In this document: positions 1-9,313 of the stretch, one piece after another | How positions within the stretch are numbered: the stretch's first letter is position 1 | Layout of the letters: each line of letters begins with the position of its first letter | Origin: an uncultured cyanobacterium | GTDB lineage: Bacteria; Cyanobacteriota; Cyanobacteriia; Cyanobacteriales; CAWCAG01 | Reading direction: 5' to 3' | Assembly (NCBI GenBank): GCA_963793425.1 | Contig: CAWCAG010000007.1 | Span: forward strand, 352,001-416,000 | DNA length: 64,000 nt | Program-made: the position numbers and the translations under genes | Notes under the pieces: model-generated | The model's input: only the letters and a program-made list of their open reading frames with translations | The model's database searches: none | What the model was told of the DNA's origin: nothing

Positions 1-1
1 A

Positions 2-970
2 CGGCAATTAGCTAAACAGAAAATTATAGTAACCCTTTTAAGTATCTTCGCAGCCACCTTAGTTTTATCTCCTTACATTTACTCCATATCTGCTGCTAAA
101 AGTGGTAGTTCAATAGCCCTGACCTATGGTTGGAAAAGCTTATTAACTAAAATAGTTAATTACTTTTTTACTCTGTTGCCATTAACAGTGGTTTTCCTTT
201 GCCAACCTAAAGCGATATTAGTTTTAGGACAGAACAAAAAAAAGGCTAATACGGCGATCGCAATCTTAGTAGCTACAGCTTTGATGTATATTTTTTTGAC
301 TATTACACCTCCTCACCATAACGAATATAAATACTTAATGGCTAGTAGTCTTACTTGGGGAATTGTAGCTAGTATTGCTATGGAATCTTTGTATCAAGAA
401 AATAGATTTATTTGTTTTCTTTTAGTTATGATTCTCTTACTACCAATTAGTGATGATTGGTTGCGAAAGCTTAACTTCAATAACTGGCAAATATCTGAGC
501 CTTATATTGAACAAGGGATGTATTTGTTACATAAAGATAAAAAAGAAAATCATCTTTATGAATGGATAAGTAACAAAACACAAAAAGATGCTATCTTCTT
601 GGATAATAAATTAACAATACCTGTTTTTGGTCGTAGACAATTATATATTGGCTTAGATAATTCTCTACAGGAGAAGAGTTCAGGATTTAAAGATGGTTGG
701 AGAATGAGTATAGAAGAGTTACTAAGCATTCAAAAGTACTCTCCCCGCTTACTAAAGAGGAGGAAGAATCTAGCAAAACAGATTTACACCCCTCTTAACT
801 CGGAAATTAGTTTAGAGACAACTAACCAACTCAAAGAAACGAGTAAGGATAAAGATGTTTATGTGGTGGCAAGACAGCCTAAAATAAGTCAAAAGCTGGC
901 TGAAAATAAAGCTTTCAAACAAGTTTTTACTAATGAGGAAACCGATATTTACCAATTGAGAAAAAATTAA
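2..970 (+). CDS. Membrane protein, 5' end outside window (possibly polysaccharide/GT-C related)
   Basis: Frame of the 176..970 ORF is open back to position 2; several hydrophobic segments followed by a soluble C-terminal domain; low GC. Confidence 0.6.
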   Translation, partial: RQLAKQKIIVTLLSIFAATLVLSPYIYSISAAKSGSSIALTYGWKSLLTKIVNYFFTLLPLTVVFLCQPKAILVLGQNKKKANTAIAILVATALMYIFLTITPPHHNEYKYLMASSLTWGIVASIAMESLYQENRFICFLLVMILLLPISDDWLRKLNFNNWQISEPYIEQGMYLLHKDKKENHLYEWISNKTQKDAIFLDNKLTIPVFGRRQLYIGLDNSLQEKSSGFKDGWRMSIEELLSIQKYSPRLLKRRKNLAKQIYTPLNSEISLETTNQLKETSKDKDVYVVARQPKISQKLAENKAFKQVFTNEETDIYQLRKN

Positions 971-1030
971 CTCAAAAGCAGAAAGGTTATTACCTGAACG
1001 AAGATAACTAACAACTAATTGCTACTAAAC

Positions 1031-1474
1031 TTAATTTTTTGCCAACCACTTCTGTCCGTTTAGGCGCTGCACCGTGTACATCACCAGTAGAGGTAAATTC
1101 ACCCGTCGTTCATCAATCATGAAAGACTCAATCGTACTTGGAGATGCTCCATTACTAGCGCAAGAAAATCCTTTTTGCCCTTTAATATCTTCGTCAAGAA
1201 AATAGAGATTAAACTGACGTTTACCCCCTTGCCATTTACCAATAAATTGCCAACATTGTTCGTCGGAATTCGCCCCAACAATTGGTAACTTTTCTTTAAC
1301 TAAATCTAACTCGGCATCCTCAATACCTTCTTCAGATAAAGCTTTCTGCAAAGCAGGAGTAAAATCTTGGGCCATGAATTCTGTAAAAGGTTTATCTTCA
1401 ACTGCTGGGGGTTTCTTTTTTTTCGCTTTAGCAGCTTGAGCTTTTTTTTCTTGGGGTTTAGTTTCTTCTGGCAT
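1031..1474 (-). CDS. DUF2996 family protein
   Basis: KKKKPPAVEDKPF...IESFMIDERRVNLPLLV...QRLNGQKWL motifs typical of this cyanobacterial/plastid family. Confidence 0.75.
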   Translation of the reverse strand: MPEETKPQEKKAQAAKAKKKKPPAVEDKPFTEFMAQDFTPALQKALSEEGIEDAELDLVKEKLPIVGANSDEQCWQFIGKWQGGKRQFNLYFLDEDIKGQKGFSCASNGASPSTIESFMIDERRVNLPLLVMYTVQRLNGQKWLAKN

Positions 1475-1534
1475 ATTCTTAGTTGTTAATAGCTTGCATA
1501 GACTGTAAGGGAAAAACTTTAATTCCTACATTTC

Positions 1535-1810
1535 TCAACCGCCTGCTACAGCTGGGACGATACTAACTTGATCTCCATCATTCAGAGGAGTATCTGCACC
1601 TTCTAAAAAGCGAATATCTTCATCATTAACATAAAGATTCAAAAAGCGACGAGGCTTACCTTCTTCATCTCGTAAACGTCCTTTAATGCTAGGACAAGTA
1701 CTTTCTAATGAATCAATTAATTCATTAACCGTACTACCTTCACCTTCAATTACTGCTTGAGCGTTAGTAAATTTTTGTAAGGGAGTGGGGATTAATACTT
1801 TGATAGTCAT
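1535..1810 (-). CDS. MoaD/ThiS/CysO-type ubiquitin-like sulfur carrier
   Basis: 91 aa; [13 protein letters not shown]-terminal VPAVAGG diglycine. Confidence 0.9.
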   Translation of the reverse strand: MTIKVLIPTPLQKFTNAQAVIEGEGSTVNELIDSLESTCPSIKGRLRDEEGKPRRFLNLYVNDEDIRFLEGADTPLNDGDQVSIVPAVAGG

Positions 1811-1845
1811 AGTTTCAATTATTAATTACCAATTATCAACTTTTT

Positions 1846-1930
1846 TAAGGGCAACCCGCTTTCTCTTTATCTTAAAAGCTACGCAAACGAAATAGCAAGA
1901 TAAATTATAGTCACAAATTAGGTCGCCCGT
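1846..1930. repeat. Miniature inverted-repeat element with AGGGCAACC...GGTCGCCC ends
   Basis: Ends are near-complementary, and related ends flank 47790-47850. Confidence 0.4.
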
Positions 1931-1956
1931 CAGCCAGTTATTGCTTGTTTCTGTAC

Positions 1957-3261
1957 TTAAACTGAAGCCTGTTGCCATTCTAAGCGCTCTAAAGTTTGCG
2001 CCCTTTCTAAAGCCCTCTCAAAGCTTTCTAACTTAGGTTCGATGTTCAAAGGCTGTCCGACATAATTTTGTACTGCTTCTTGCGTCTTCAAGCCGTTACC
2101 AGTGATATAAACAACGGTAGTCTCATCAGCGCTAATTTTACCGGCTTCGACTAATTTCTTCAAAACAGCAATAGTTGTACCGCCAGCCGTTTCAGTAAAT
2201 ATTCCTTCAGTTTCAGCCAAAAGCTTAATGCCATCAATAATTTCTTTGTCAGTAACAGACTCAATATTACCGTTAGTTTTCCTAGCGAGATCCAAAGCGT
2301 AAATACCGTCAGCAGGGTTGCCAATAGCAATGGATTTAGCAATGGTATTAGGCTTAACTGGAGTTACAAAGTCTCTTCCTTCTTTAAAAGCTTGGGCAAT
2401 GGGAGAACAACCTTCAGCTTGAGCCCCACTGAAGCGTACTTCTTTGTCTTCAACCAAGCCAGTTTTGATAAATTCTTGGAAACCTTTGTAGATTTTTGTA
2501 TAGAGAGAGCCAGAAGCTAAAGGCGCAACAATATGATCTGGTAATTGCCAACCTAATTGTTCTGCTACTTCAAAACCAAGAGTCTTGGAACCTTCGGAAT
2601 AGTAGGGACGCAAATTAATATTAACAAAACCCCACTTGTGAGTGTTCGCCACTTCACTACAGAGACGGTTCACTTGGTCGTAATTCCCTTCAACTGCCAT
2701 TACTGTAGGGCTATAAACTAAAGTCCCCAAAACTTTCCCGGCTTCGAGATCGGCGGGAATGAAAACACAACAATCTAAACCAGCATGGGCGGCGATCGCC
2801 GCAGTAGAATTAGCCAAGTTCCCTGTACTAGCACAAGAAACTGTCGAGAAACCCAATTCACGGGCGCGACTCAAAGCCACAGAAACCACCCGATCCTTAA
2901 AACTCAAGGTGGGCATATTGACAGCATCGTTTTTGATATAGAGTTTTTTCAGACCCAAGCGACGAGCTAAACGGTTGGATTCAACCAAAGGAGTCATGCC
3001 AGTGCCAACATCAATATAGTTATCGGTAGCCACAGGCAAAAAAGGACGATAGCGCCAAATCGAGTTAGGGCCAGCTTGGATAGTTTCCCGACTTACTTGA
3101 GAACGAATTTTGTCATAATCATAAGCAACTTCTAAAGGACCAAAGCACTCTTCGCAAATATGGAGTGCCTTGAGGGGATACTCAGCGCCAGATTCCTTAG
3201 AAACCAGCTTGGTAAAAGTGGCCGAATCGCTTTGTTTTTCGCGGGTAATAACCTGGGTCAT
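1957..3261 (-). CDS. thrC: Threonine synthase-like PLP enzyme (possibly a MetM-type homocysteine synthase)
   Basis: PTLSFKDR PLP-lysine motif, CASTGN, NLRPYYSEGSKT, ITGNGLK. Confidence 0.85.
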   Translation of the reverse strand: MTQVITREKQSDSATFTKLVSKESGAEYPLKALHICEECFGPLEVAYDYDKIRSQVSRETIQAGPNSIWRYRPFLPVATDNYIDVGTGMTPLVESNRLARRLGLKKLYIKNDAVNMPTLSFKDRVVSVALSRARELGFSTVSCASTGNLANSTAAIAAHAGLDCCVFIPADLEAGKVLGTLVYSPTVMAVEGNYDQVNRLCSEVANTHKWGFVNINLRPYYSEGSKTLGFEVAEQLGWQLPDHIVAPLASGSLYTKIYKGFQEFIKTGLVEDKEVRFSGAQAEGCSPIAQAFKEGRDFVTPVKPNTIAKSIAIGNPADGIYALDLARKTNGNIESVTDKEIIDGIKLLAETEGIFTETAGGTTIAVLKKLVEAGKISADETTVVYITGNGLKTQEAVQNYVGQPLNIEPKLESFERALERAQTLERLEWQQASV

Positions 3262-3301
3262 AGCTCTACTCTAATCTCTTATTTCCGTCAATGTTCCACA
3301 A

Positions 3302-3330
3302 ACAGTAACACAGCTCACAATACTCGTCAA
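3302..3330 (-). promoter_or_regulatory. Sigma70-type promoter of the thrC-moaD operon
   Basis: Minus strand TTGACG (3330-3325), 17-nt spacer, TACTGT (3307-3302) preceded by an extended TG. Confidence 0.6.
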
Positions 3331-3332
3331 AC

Positions 3333-3357
3333 ATACCCGACTAAATAAGTCGGGTAT
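3333..3357. promoter_or_regulatory. Rrf2-family (IscR/CymR-like) operator palindrome
   Basis: ATACCCGACT-AAATA-AGTCGGGTAT, perfect 10-bp arms; 24/25 match to the IscR type-1 consensus ATASYYGACTRWWWYAGTCRRSTAT; abuts the -35. Confidence 0.7.
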
Positions 3358-3573
3358 TATTTATCGCAGGAGAATGCTTGCTCTACGGAACTATCAGCAT
3401 TTACTTAATTGCTTTCCCATGAAGGCTTCTAGGAAAGGCAAAAGTGGTTCAAACCTTGATTAATCGTTTTGTTGCCGAATCCTAGTTGTATAATTCTTAT
3501 TGGCGATCGCAGAGTCTCTCTCTCTGCTCAAAGGAGAATTGCGTACACTTCACAAGTTACAAAAGGATCGAGT

Positions 3574-4383
3574 ATGGAAGATTTTTGGATTGATATTTTA
3601 GATTTTACTCGTACCATTACCAAAGAAGTTGGCAGCCAGCTTAAGTTGGACTTTGGGCAGGTGCAGGCAACACGCAAAGCTGATGGAACCTTAGTCACAA
3701 AAGCTGATCAATGGGCTGATGAAGTAATTCGCAAAGCAATTACAGCTCGTTTTCCCGAACATGGCATTCTCACAGAAGAAACTCTCCATATCTTCCCTGA
3801 AAATGATTGGTGCTGGATTGTAGATCCCATCGATGGCACAACTAACTTTACCAGGGGTATTCCTATTTGGGGCATTTCCCTCGGCTTACTTTATCAAGGA
3901 ACTCCCGTTTTTGGAGCAGTTTATTTTCCTGAATTTGAGCAGTTTTTCCACGGCTATTGGTATGGAGAATCTGGCTTGACTGGTCCGACGGGGGCTTACA
4001 AAAATGGTGAACTCATCAAAACCAGCCAAGATTCTCCTAGTCAAAATCATCTCTTCAACCTTTGCGCCCGCAGTACTGCGATTCTCAAAGAACCTTTTCC
4101 TTGTAAAATAAGATTAATTGGTGTTGCTAGTTATAATTGCCTTCTAGTAGCTTCCGGCACAGCTTTAGGAGGTGTAGAAGCGACCCCTAAAGTGTGGGAT
4201 ATTGCTGCTGTTTGGGCCATTGTCCAAGCCGCAGGAGGCATTTTCCTGTCCTTAAAATCAGAACCAGTTTTCCCCCTCAAAGTGGGAGAAGATTACGGGA
4301 ATTGTCCTTTTCCGACTTTAGTATCTTCTCAAGAAAGATTGCTTCCCGTCTTCAAACCTTTCGTAGCATTCCTTAGCAGCTAG
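3574..4383 (+). CDS. Inositol monophosphatase family protein
   Basis: WIVDPIDGTTNF and WDIAA motifs; ATG at 3574 preferred over TTG at 3469. Confidence 0.9.
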   Translation: MEDFWIDILDFTRTITKEVGSQLKLDFGQVQATRKADGTLVTKADQWADEVIRKAITARFPEHGILTEETLHIFPENDWCWIVDPIDGTTNFTRGIPIWGISLGLLYQGTPVFGAVYFPEFEQFFHGYWYGESGLTGPTGAYKNGELIKTSQDSPSQNHLFNLCARSTAILKEPFPCKIRLIGVASYNCLLVASGTALGGVEATPKVWDIAAVWAIVQAAGGIFLSLKSEPVFPLKVGEDYGNCPFPTLVSSQERLLPVFKPFVAFLSS

Positions 4384-4422
4384 GGACAAAATATCATATT
4401 CTTGTGAACTTAGAATTAGGAA

Positions 4423-5028
4423 TTAGGAATTACTGTCTCCATTAAGTAAAGGTCGTACAATCAAAAATCCCATACTGAAAGCTGTCAAAACAATTAAGAT
4501 AATTGCCAAAATCAATAACCAACCACTCACATCAGAAGAACTTTCTGGCTGAGAAGAACGACGAGGCTTACTTTCTGGAACTTCCACTATTAGCTGTTCG
4601 GGAACTTCAGGAGGAGTTTCGGGAAGATAAGGACGTGGAGGTGTATCTATAGAAGGTAAAGGTGGGGCAGCAGGAATTTGGTCTGTAAAGGATTGAGGTT
4701 GGGGGGTTTGGGCAGAGATCACCGGCGCAGCAAAGTTAGCACCTGTGTAGCTAGAACCATCAAGGGAAGAGAGGAGATGCTGAACATCTCGTGCTGAATG
4801 AAGCAGCTTATCTACCTCTTGGCGTAGTTGTTGGTTTTGTTGAACCAGTTGCTGATTTTGAGCTTTAAGAGAGCCTAACTGAGACTGGGTTGATTGTAAT
4901 TCAGCCGCTAGCTGTCGGTAAACAGTAATCGGTACAGAAGGGCGATAAGCGCTTTTTCCAGTTGAGGGATTAGGAGCATTAACCGTCGGGTTTTGCATGG
5001 GAGGATTACTTGGAGATTTAGAGGTCAT
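4423..5028 (-). CDS. Hypothetical coiled-coil, Pro-rich, C-terminally membrane-anchored protein
   Basis: Gln-rich heptads, proline-rich linker, one C-terminal TM helix. Confidence 0.75.
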   Translation of the reverse strand: MTSKSPSNPPMQNPTVNAPNPSTGKSAYRPSVPITVYRQLAAELQSTQSQLGSLKAQNQQLVQQNQQLRQEVDKLLHSARDVQHLLSSLDGSSYTGANFAAPVISAQTPQPQSFTDQIPAAPPLPSIDTPPRPYLPETPPEVPEQLIVEVPESKPRRSSQPESSSDVSGWLLILAIILIVLTAFSMGFLIVRPLLNGDSNS

Positions 5029-5104
5029 AACTATAGCAAAACTTACTTAAGCTAAGAATAGTAGAAATTTTAAGTAAATGTCAGCAAATTTTGTTATTTA
5101 ATAA

Positions 5105-6373
5105 CTATCGCCGAGGGAAACGCCGTCTTTGGAGAAACTCAGGAATATCCAAACGATTGGCGCTGGGTTCTGGCGCTGGAGAGGGTTTTGTCGCCCTGGG
5201 AGGAGGAGTTATTGGTCTGCTAGGAGTAGGAATCGCTTTACCTTTTGGGGGAGGAGGTGGTGCTTCACCACTAAACCCAGTAGCAATGACAGTAATTCTA
5301 ATTTCCCCTTGCATCTTCTCATCAATTACTGCACCGAAAATAATATTAGCATTGGGATCAACAACCTCGTAAATAGTCTCCGCAGCGAAGTTAACTTCAT
5401 GGAGGGTAAGATCGCTTCCTCCAGTAATGTTAAAGACAACCCCTCTAGCCCCTTCAATGGAAGATTCTAAAAGAGGGGAAGAAATTGCTGCCACAGCCGC
5501 TTCTCTAGCGCGAGATTTTCCAGATCCTAAGCCGATACCCATCAAAGCAGAACCAGCATCTGCCATGACTGCCCTAACATCCGCAAAATCGACATTTACT
5601 AAGCCGGGAATAATAATAATATCTGAGATCCCTTGCACCCCTTGACGCAGAATATCATCGGCTACTCGAAAGGCTTCTTGTACAGGAGTTTGTTCAGAAA
5701 TTACTGATAAAAGCTTGTTGTTAGGAATTACAATTAAAGTATCCACTCGCGTTTGCAAAGCAGAGATACCTTCTTCAGCTTGAGTAGTACGGCGACGACC
5801 TTCAAAGGTAAAAGGACGGGTTACCACCCCTACCGTGAGACAACCCATTTCCTTGGCCACTTCTGCGACAATGGGCGCTGCCCCAGTCCCAGTACCACCT
5901 CCCATGCCAGCAGTAATAAATACCAAGTCAGTATTTTCTAAAGCATGGGCAATTTCATCACGAGATTCTTCAGCCGCTTTTTGACCAATAGCAGGATTAC
6001 CCCCTGCCCCCAATCCTCTCGTTAATTTTTGCCCTAATTGTAAGCGGTTAGGAGCATCTGCTAAAGCTAAAGCTTGAGCATCAGTATTAATTGACCAAAA
6101 TTCAACCCCTGTAATATCACTAGCAATCATACGATTGACAGCATTACACCCTCCCCCACCAACACCAATAACTTTTATTTTGGCAACGTTACCTGGCACG
6201 ATATTATCACTCCTAGTTTCTTGGCTGGGTACTCCTTTGGTATCGTTGCTTGGGTGGAAGGGTAACCCAGAATTATTAAAGGGATGAGTGTTTTCCATTG
6301 TTACCGACAAATCAGTATATGCTGAATTGTTGAAGTTCTCATCTGTTAGCCCTAGTTTACTATTAAGCGTCAT
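5105..6373 (-). CDS. ftsZ: Cell division GTPase FtsZ
   Basis: GGGTGTG tubulin signature, NVDFADV, C-terminal LDIPEFL. Confidence 0.99.
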   Translation of the reverse strand: MTLNSKLGLTDENFNNSAYTDLSVTMENTHPFNNSGLPFHPSNDTKGVPSQETRSDNIVPGNVAKIKVIGVGGGGCNAVNRMIASDITGVEFWSINTDAQALALADAPNRLQLGQKLTRGLGAGGNPAIGQKAAEESRDEIAHALENTDLVFITAGMGGGTGTGAAPIVAEVAKEMGCLTVGVVTRPFTFEGRRRTTQAEEGISALQTRVDTLIVIPNNKLLSVISEQTPVQEAFRVADDILRQGVQGISDIIIIPGLVNVDFADVRAVMADAGSALMGIGLGSGKSRAREAAVAAISSPLLESSIEGARGVVFNITGGSDLTLHEVNFAAETIYEVVDPNANIIFGAVIDEKMQGEIRITVIATGFSGEAPPPPPKGKAIPTPSRPITPPPRATKPSPAPEPSANRLDIPEFLQRRRFPRR

Positions 6374-6624
6374 TGCAGTTAGAAAGTTTTAATAAACAAC
6401 TATATATATTTGAAAGTATGTAGCTAGTCAATTATGTCAAATATTATCTAATCTAGTCTAATTGGGTCTAATCTTTTTCCTTAATACTTAGATTTGTTAA
6501 ACATTATTCCCTCAAGATAGACAAAACTCTGGGTTTAGTTTCGACGTTACTACTCCCAATACAATTCCTCCTTAAGGGGGAAATTACTCATTCCTAGACT
6601 TGATCAGTATTGAACAATAGTACT

Positions 6625-7428
6625 TTACCCTTTATTACCTTTCATTTTTAGAGCAGGGTTTTGGGGATTTTGGAGGTCAATGTAATCAATTTTACTTCCT
6701 TCAACTTTGGTATTGAGATTACCCATCTGAGCTAATATACTAAGCTGCTCAGGAAAAATTCGGGAATTATAGGAACCAAAATGTACTTCTCCTAATTCCG
6801 TCTTAAAAACCAGATTGCTCGGATCTTGAAAATCAATCTCAAATATCTTGATTCTAGAACGAGCAACTGCTTGATAAATCTCTGACCAGTAGGTAGTTGA
6901 TTGAGAGTTCAAGCCAATAACTTTGAGAGTGGGAAGTTGAATGTCATGCTCTATTCCTGTGTAGCTTTTTTTAGCCATCCAAATTCCTTGCTCATCGAGA
7001 TAGCCAATTTCTGAATCAGTCTCTTGAGTTGGTAGAGCAATTGCTACCGGTTTGCGTTCTTTCACTTCAACTGTCAAACTAGGAGGAAGTAATTGCCTTG
7101 TTACTGTCGCTTCGGCAATAGGGCCCTGATCTTCTAATCCTTGGCTAACTGAAGAAGGTTGTAATTGCAGAATTGACTGGGGATAAGACATCGGTATGAG
7201 GCTGCGAACCGCTTGTACTGAAAGAAGCTGATTACCCTCAATTTCTATTTGTTCTGGTTTGCGAATTACCCAGTTAGGTAAAGCGACAGCCCACACTAAG
7301 CCTCCTGCCATACCTGTAACAAGTAATGATCGCCAAATTCCTTGCCAGAATTTAATGCGCCGACGACGTTGCAGTTGTTGCCTTCTGTTCTTCAGTTCTG
7401 CTGGAGAGACTGATATGATGCTTGTCAT
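6625..7428 (-). CDS. ftsQ: Cell division protein FtsQ/DivIB
   Basis: Basic N-terminus, TM, POTRA-like region, VEVKERKPVA, YIDL; directly upstream of ftsZ. Confidence 0.92.
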   Translation of the reverse strand: MTSIISVSPAELKNRRQQLQRRRRIKFWQGIWRSLLVTGMAGGLVWAVALPNWVIRKPEQIEIEGNQLLSVQAVRSLIPMSYPQSILQLQPSSVSQGLEDQGPIAEATVTRQLLPPSLTVEVKERKPVAIALPTQETDSEIGYLDEQGIWMAKKSYTGIEHDIQLPTLKVIGLNSQSTTYWSEIYQAVARSRIKIFEIDFQDPSNLVFKTELGEVHFGSYNSRIFPEQLSILAQMGNLNTKVEGSKIDYIDLQNPQNPALKMKGNKG

Positions 7429-7909
7429 CTACTGGCTCTCAATACGACTCAATACATGTAGTTTTTGTCTAAGGCTGCATCTATACCAGTTACTTAGGTT
7501 AGATAGCTGTGCTTATTCTAATTTAATCACTTCCCCATTGGAGATTTTATTTTAGCTATCTAGAATTTATCCCTAGTTCTTCTGAGGGTGAGGGGTGAGC
7601 GACCTCTTGAAGGTAAGAGGTGGAACGTGGATGGTAGAAATTAGAAGAGAAACAACCTTTTTCTCAGTTATTCTCCTTTAACTGAACCAAAAAGAGAATA
7701 GCTCAAAAAATAATTGGCTTTGACTTTTTTTGTGTTCCCGTCCTTTTTTGCCCAATAGCTCCCTAGTTTCCCTCACTAGATCAGCTAAACCTCAAGTTCA
7801 ATATTTCTTTTCTTATTATTCTCCCCTCAAAAAAAATGGAGCATGGGTGAAATACTCTCAATTGGGCAATTAACTTCAATCGTACAAACAAATCTCTCAA
7901 AATCTTGAT

Positions 7910-9238
7910 ATGGAATTAGACTTACTCAGATTTTTTCAAGCTTGCAACCCCAGCAAAACTCTAGACCTAGCCAAACCAGAAGATCGCAACTATTATATTG
8001 ACTTTTCTGGAGTTCGAGGAGGCAAAATCATTGAGGCTTTAGGGCGCACTATTACTCGCCTTGCCCCTGACGATCCTACTTGTCAACTATTTACAGGACA
8101 TATTGGTTGCGGTAAGTCAACAGAATTATTGCGCTTAAAAGCTAATTTAGAACAACAAAAGTTTCATGTTGTCTATCTTCAGTCCAGTCGCGACTTAGAT
8201 ATGGTAGATGTTAGCATTAGTGACATTCTTTTAGCTATTGCTCGTTCTGTCAGCGAAAGTCTTGAAGCTAAAGGTATTAAACCTAAACCAGGATACTTTG
8301 CTAACTTATTTGCTGATATCAAAGATTTCCTCCAAACACCAATTGATCTTTCTGGGGAAGCAGAATTATCTGTAGGTATTGCCAGGATCACTGCGAGAAC
8401 TCAAGAAAGCCCCAAGTTAAGGGAGCAACTTCGGCAATCTTTAGAACCTAGAGTAGAGGGAATTTTAAGGGCTATTAATGAAGAAATACTAGAGCCTTCA
8501 ATTGGAGAGCTAAAAGGTAGAGGCTATAGAGGATTAGTGGTAATTGTTGATAATTTAGACCGAGTTGCCCCTCGTCCTGCAACAAAAGAAAGATTGCTAC
8601 CAGAGTATTTATTTATTGACCGGGGGCCACAGCTACAAAGGCTCAACTGCCACATGGTTTATACCATACCCTTATCATTAATCTTTTCTAATGAATACCA
8701 AGCTCTTAAGAACCGACTGGGGGGAGGTGTAGCCCCGAAAGTTTTACCCATGGTTCCAGCCCAGCAGAGAGATGGGCAAGAAGATACTCAAGGCATGGCT
8801 TTACTACGACAACTAGTACTAGCTAGGGCCTTTCCTCATCTCGATCCTCAATTTAGACTAGCTTCAATGTCCCAGGTATTTGATAGCCCTGAAACTTTAG
8901 ACCGACTTTGCTTAATTAGTGGAGGTCATGTTCGTAATCTACTTGGTCTTCTCTATAACTGTTTGCAAGAAGAAGATCCCCCTTTATCGAGGGAATGTTT
9001 AGAACACGTCATTAAAGGTTACCGTGACGACATACTCTTAGCTATTGAGAAAAATGAATGGGAACTAATATCTCAAGTAGTTCAACAGCAAGTAATCACA
9101 GGTGAGAAAGAATACCATACTCTTTTACGCAGTATGTTTGTCTTTGAATACCGTGACGAATTAGGTCGCTGGTTTGGTATTAATCCAGCCTTATCCGAAA
9201 CAGTCAAATTTCAATCTTTATTAGCTTCAGCTAGTTAA
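7910..9238 (+). CDS. P-loop NTPase (AAA/STAND-like)
   Basis: Walker A GHIGCGKST, Walker B VVIVDNLD, SGGHVR motif. Confidence 0.85.
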   Translation: MELDLLRFFQACNPSKTLDLAKPEDRNYYIDFSGVRGGKIIEALGRTITRLAPDDPTCQLFTGHIGCGKSTELLRLKANLEQQKFHVVYLQSSRDLDMVDVSISDILLAIARSVSESLEAKGIKPKPGYFANLFADIKDFLQTPIDLSGEAELSVGIARITARTQESPKLREQLRQSLEPRVEGILRAINEEILEPSIGELKGRGYRGLVVIVDNLDRVAPRPATKERLLPEYLFIDRGPQLQRLNCHMVYTIPLSLIFSNEYQALKNRLGGGVAPKVLPMVPAQQRDGQEDTQGMALLRQLVLARAFPHLDPQFRLASMSQVFDSPETLDRLCLISGGHVRNLLGLLYNCLQEEDPPLSRECLEHVIKGYRDDILLAIEKNEWELISQVVQQQVITGEKEYHTLLRSMFVFEYRDELGRWFGINPALSETVKFQSLLASAS

Positions 9239-9313
9239 AAGCTAATCAATAAAATCCGAAAATTATAAATTGATCATAATTCCTTTAAAAGAGAGCTATT
9301 AAAAAGAACTCTC

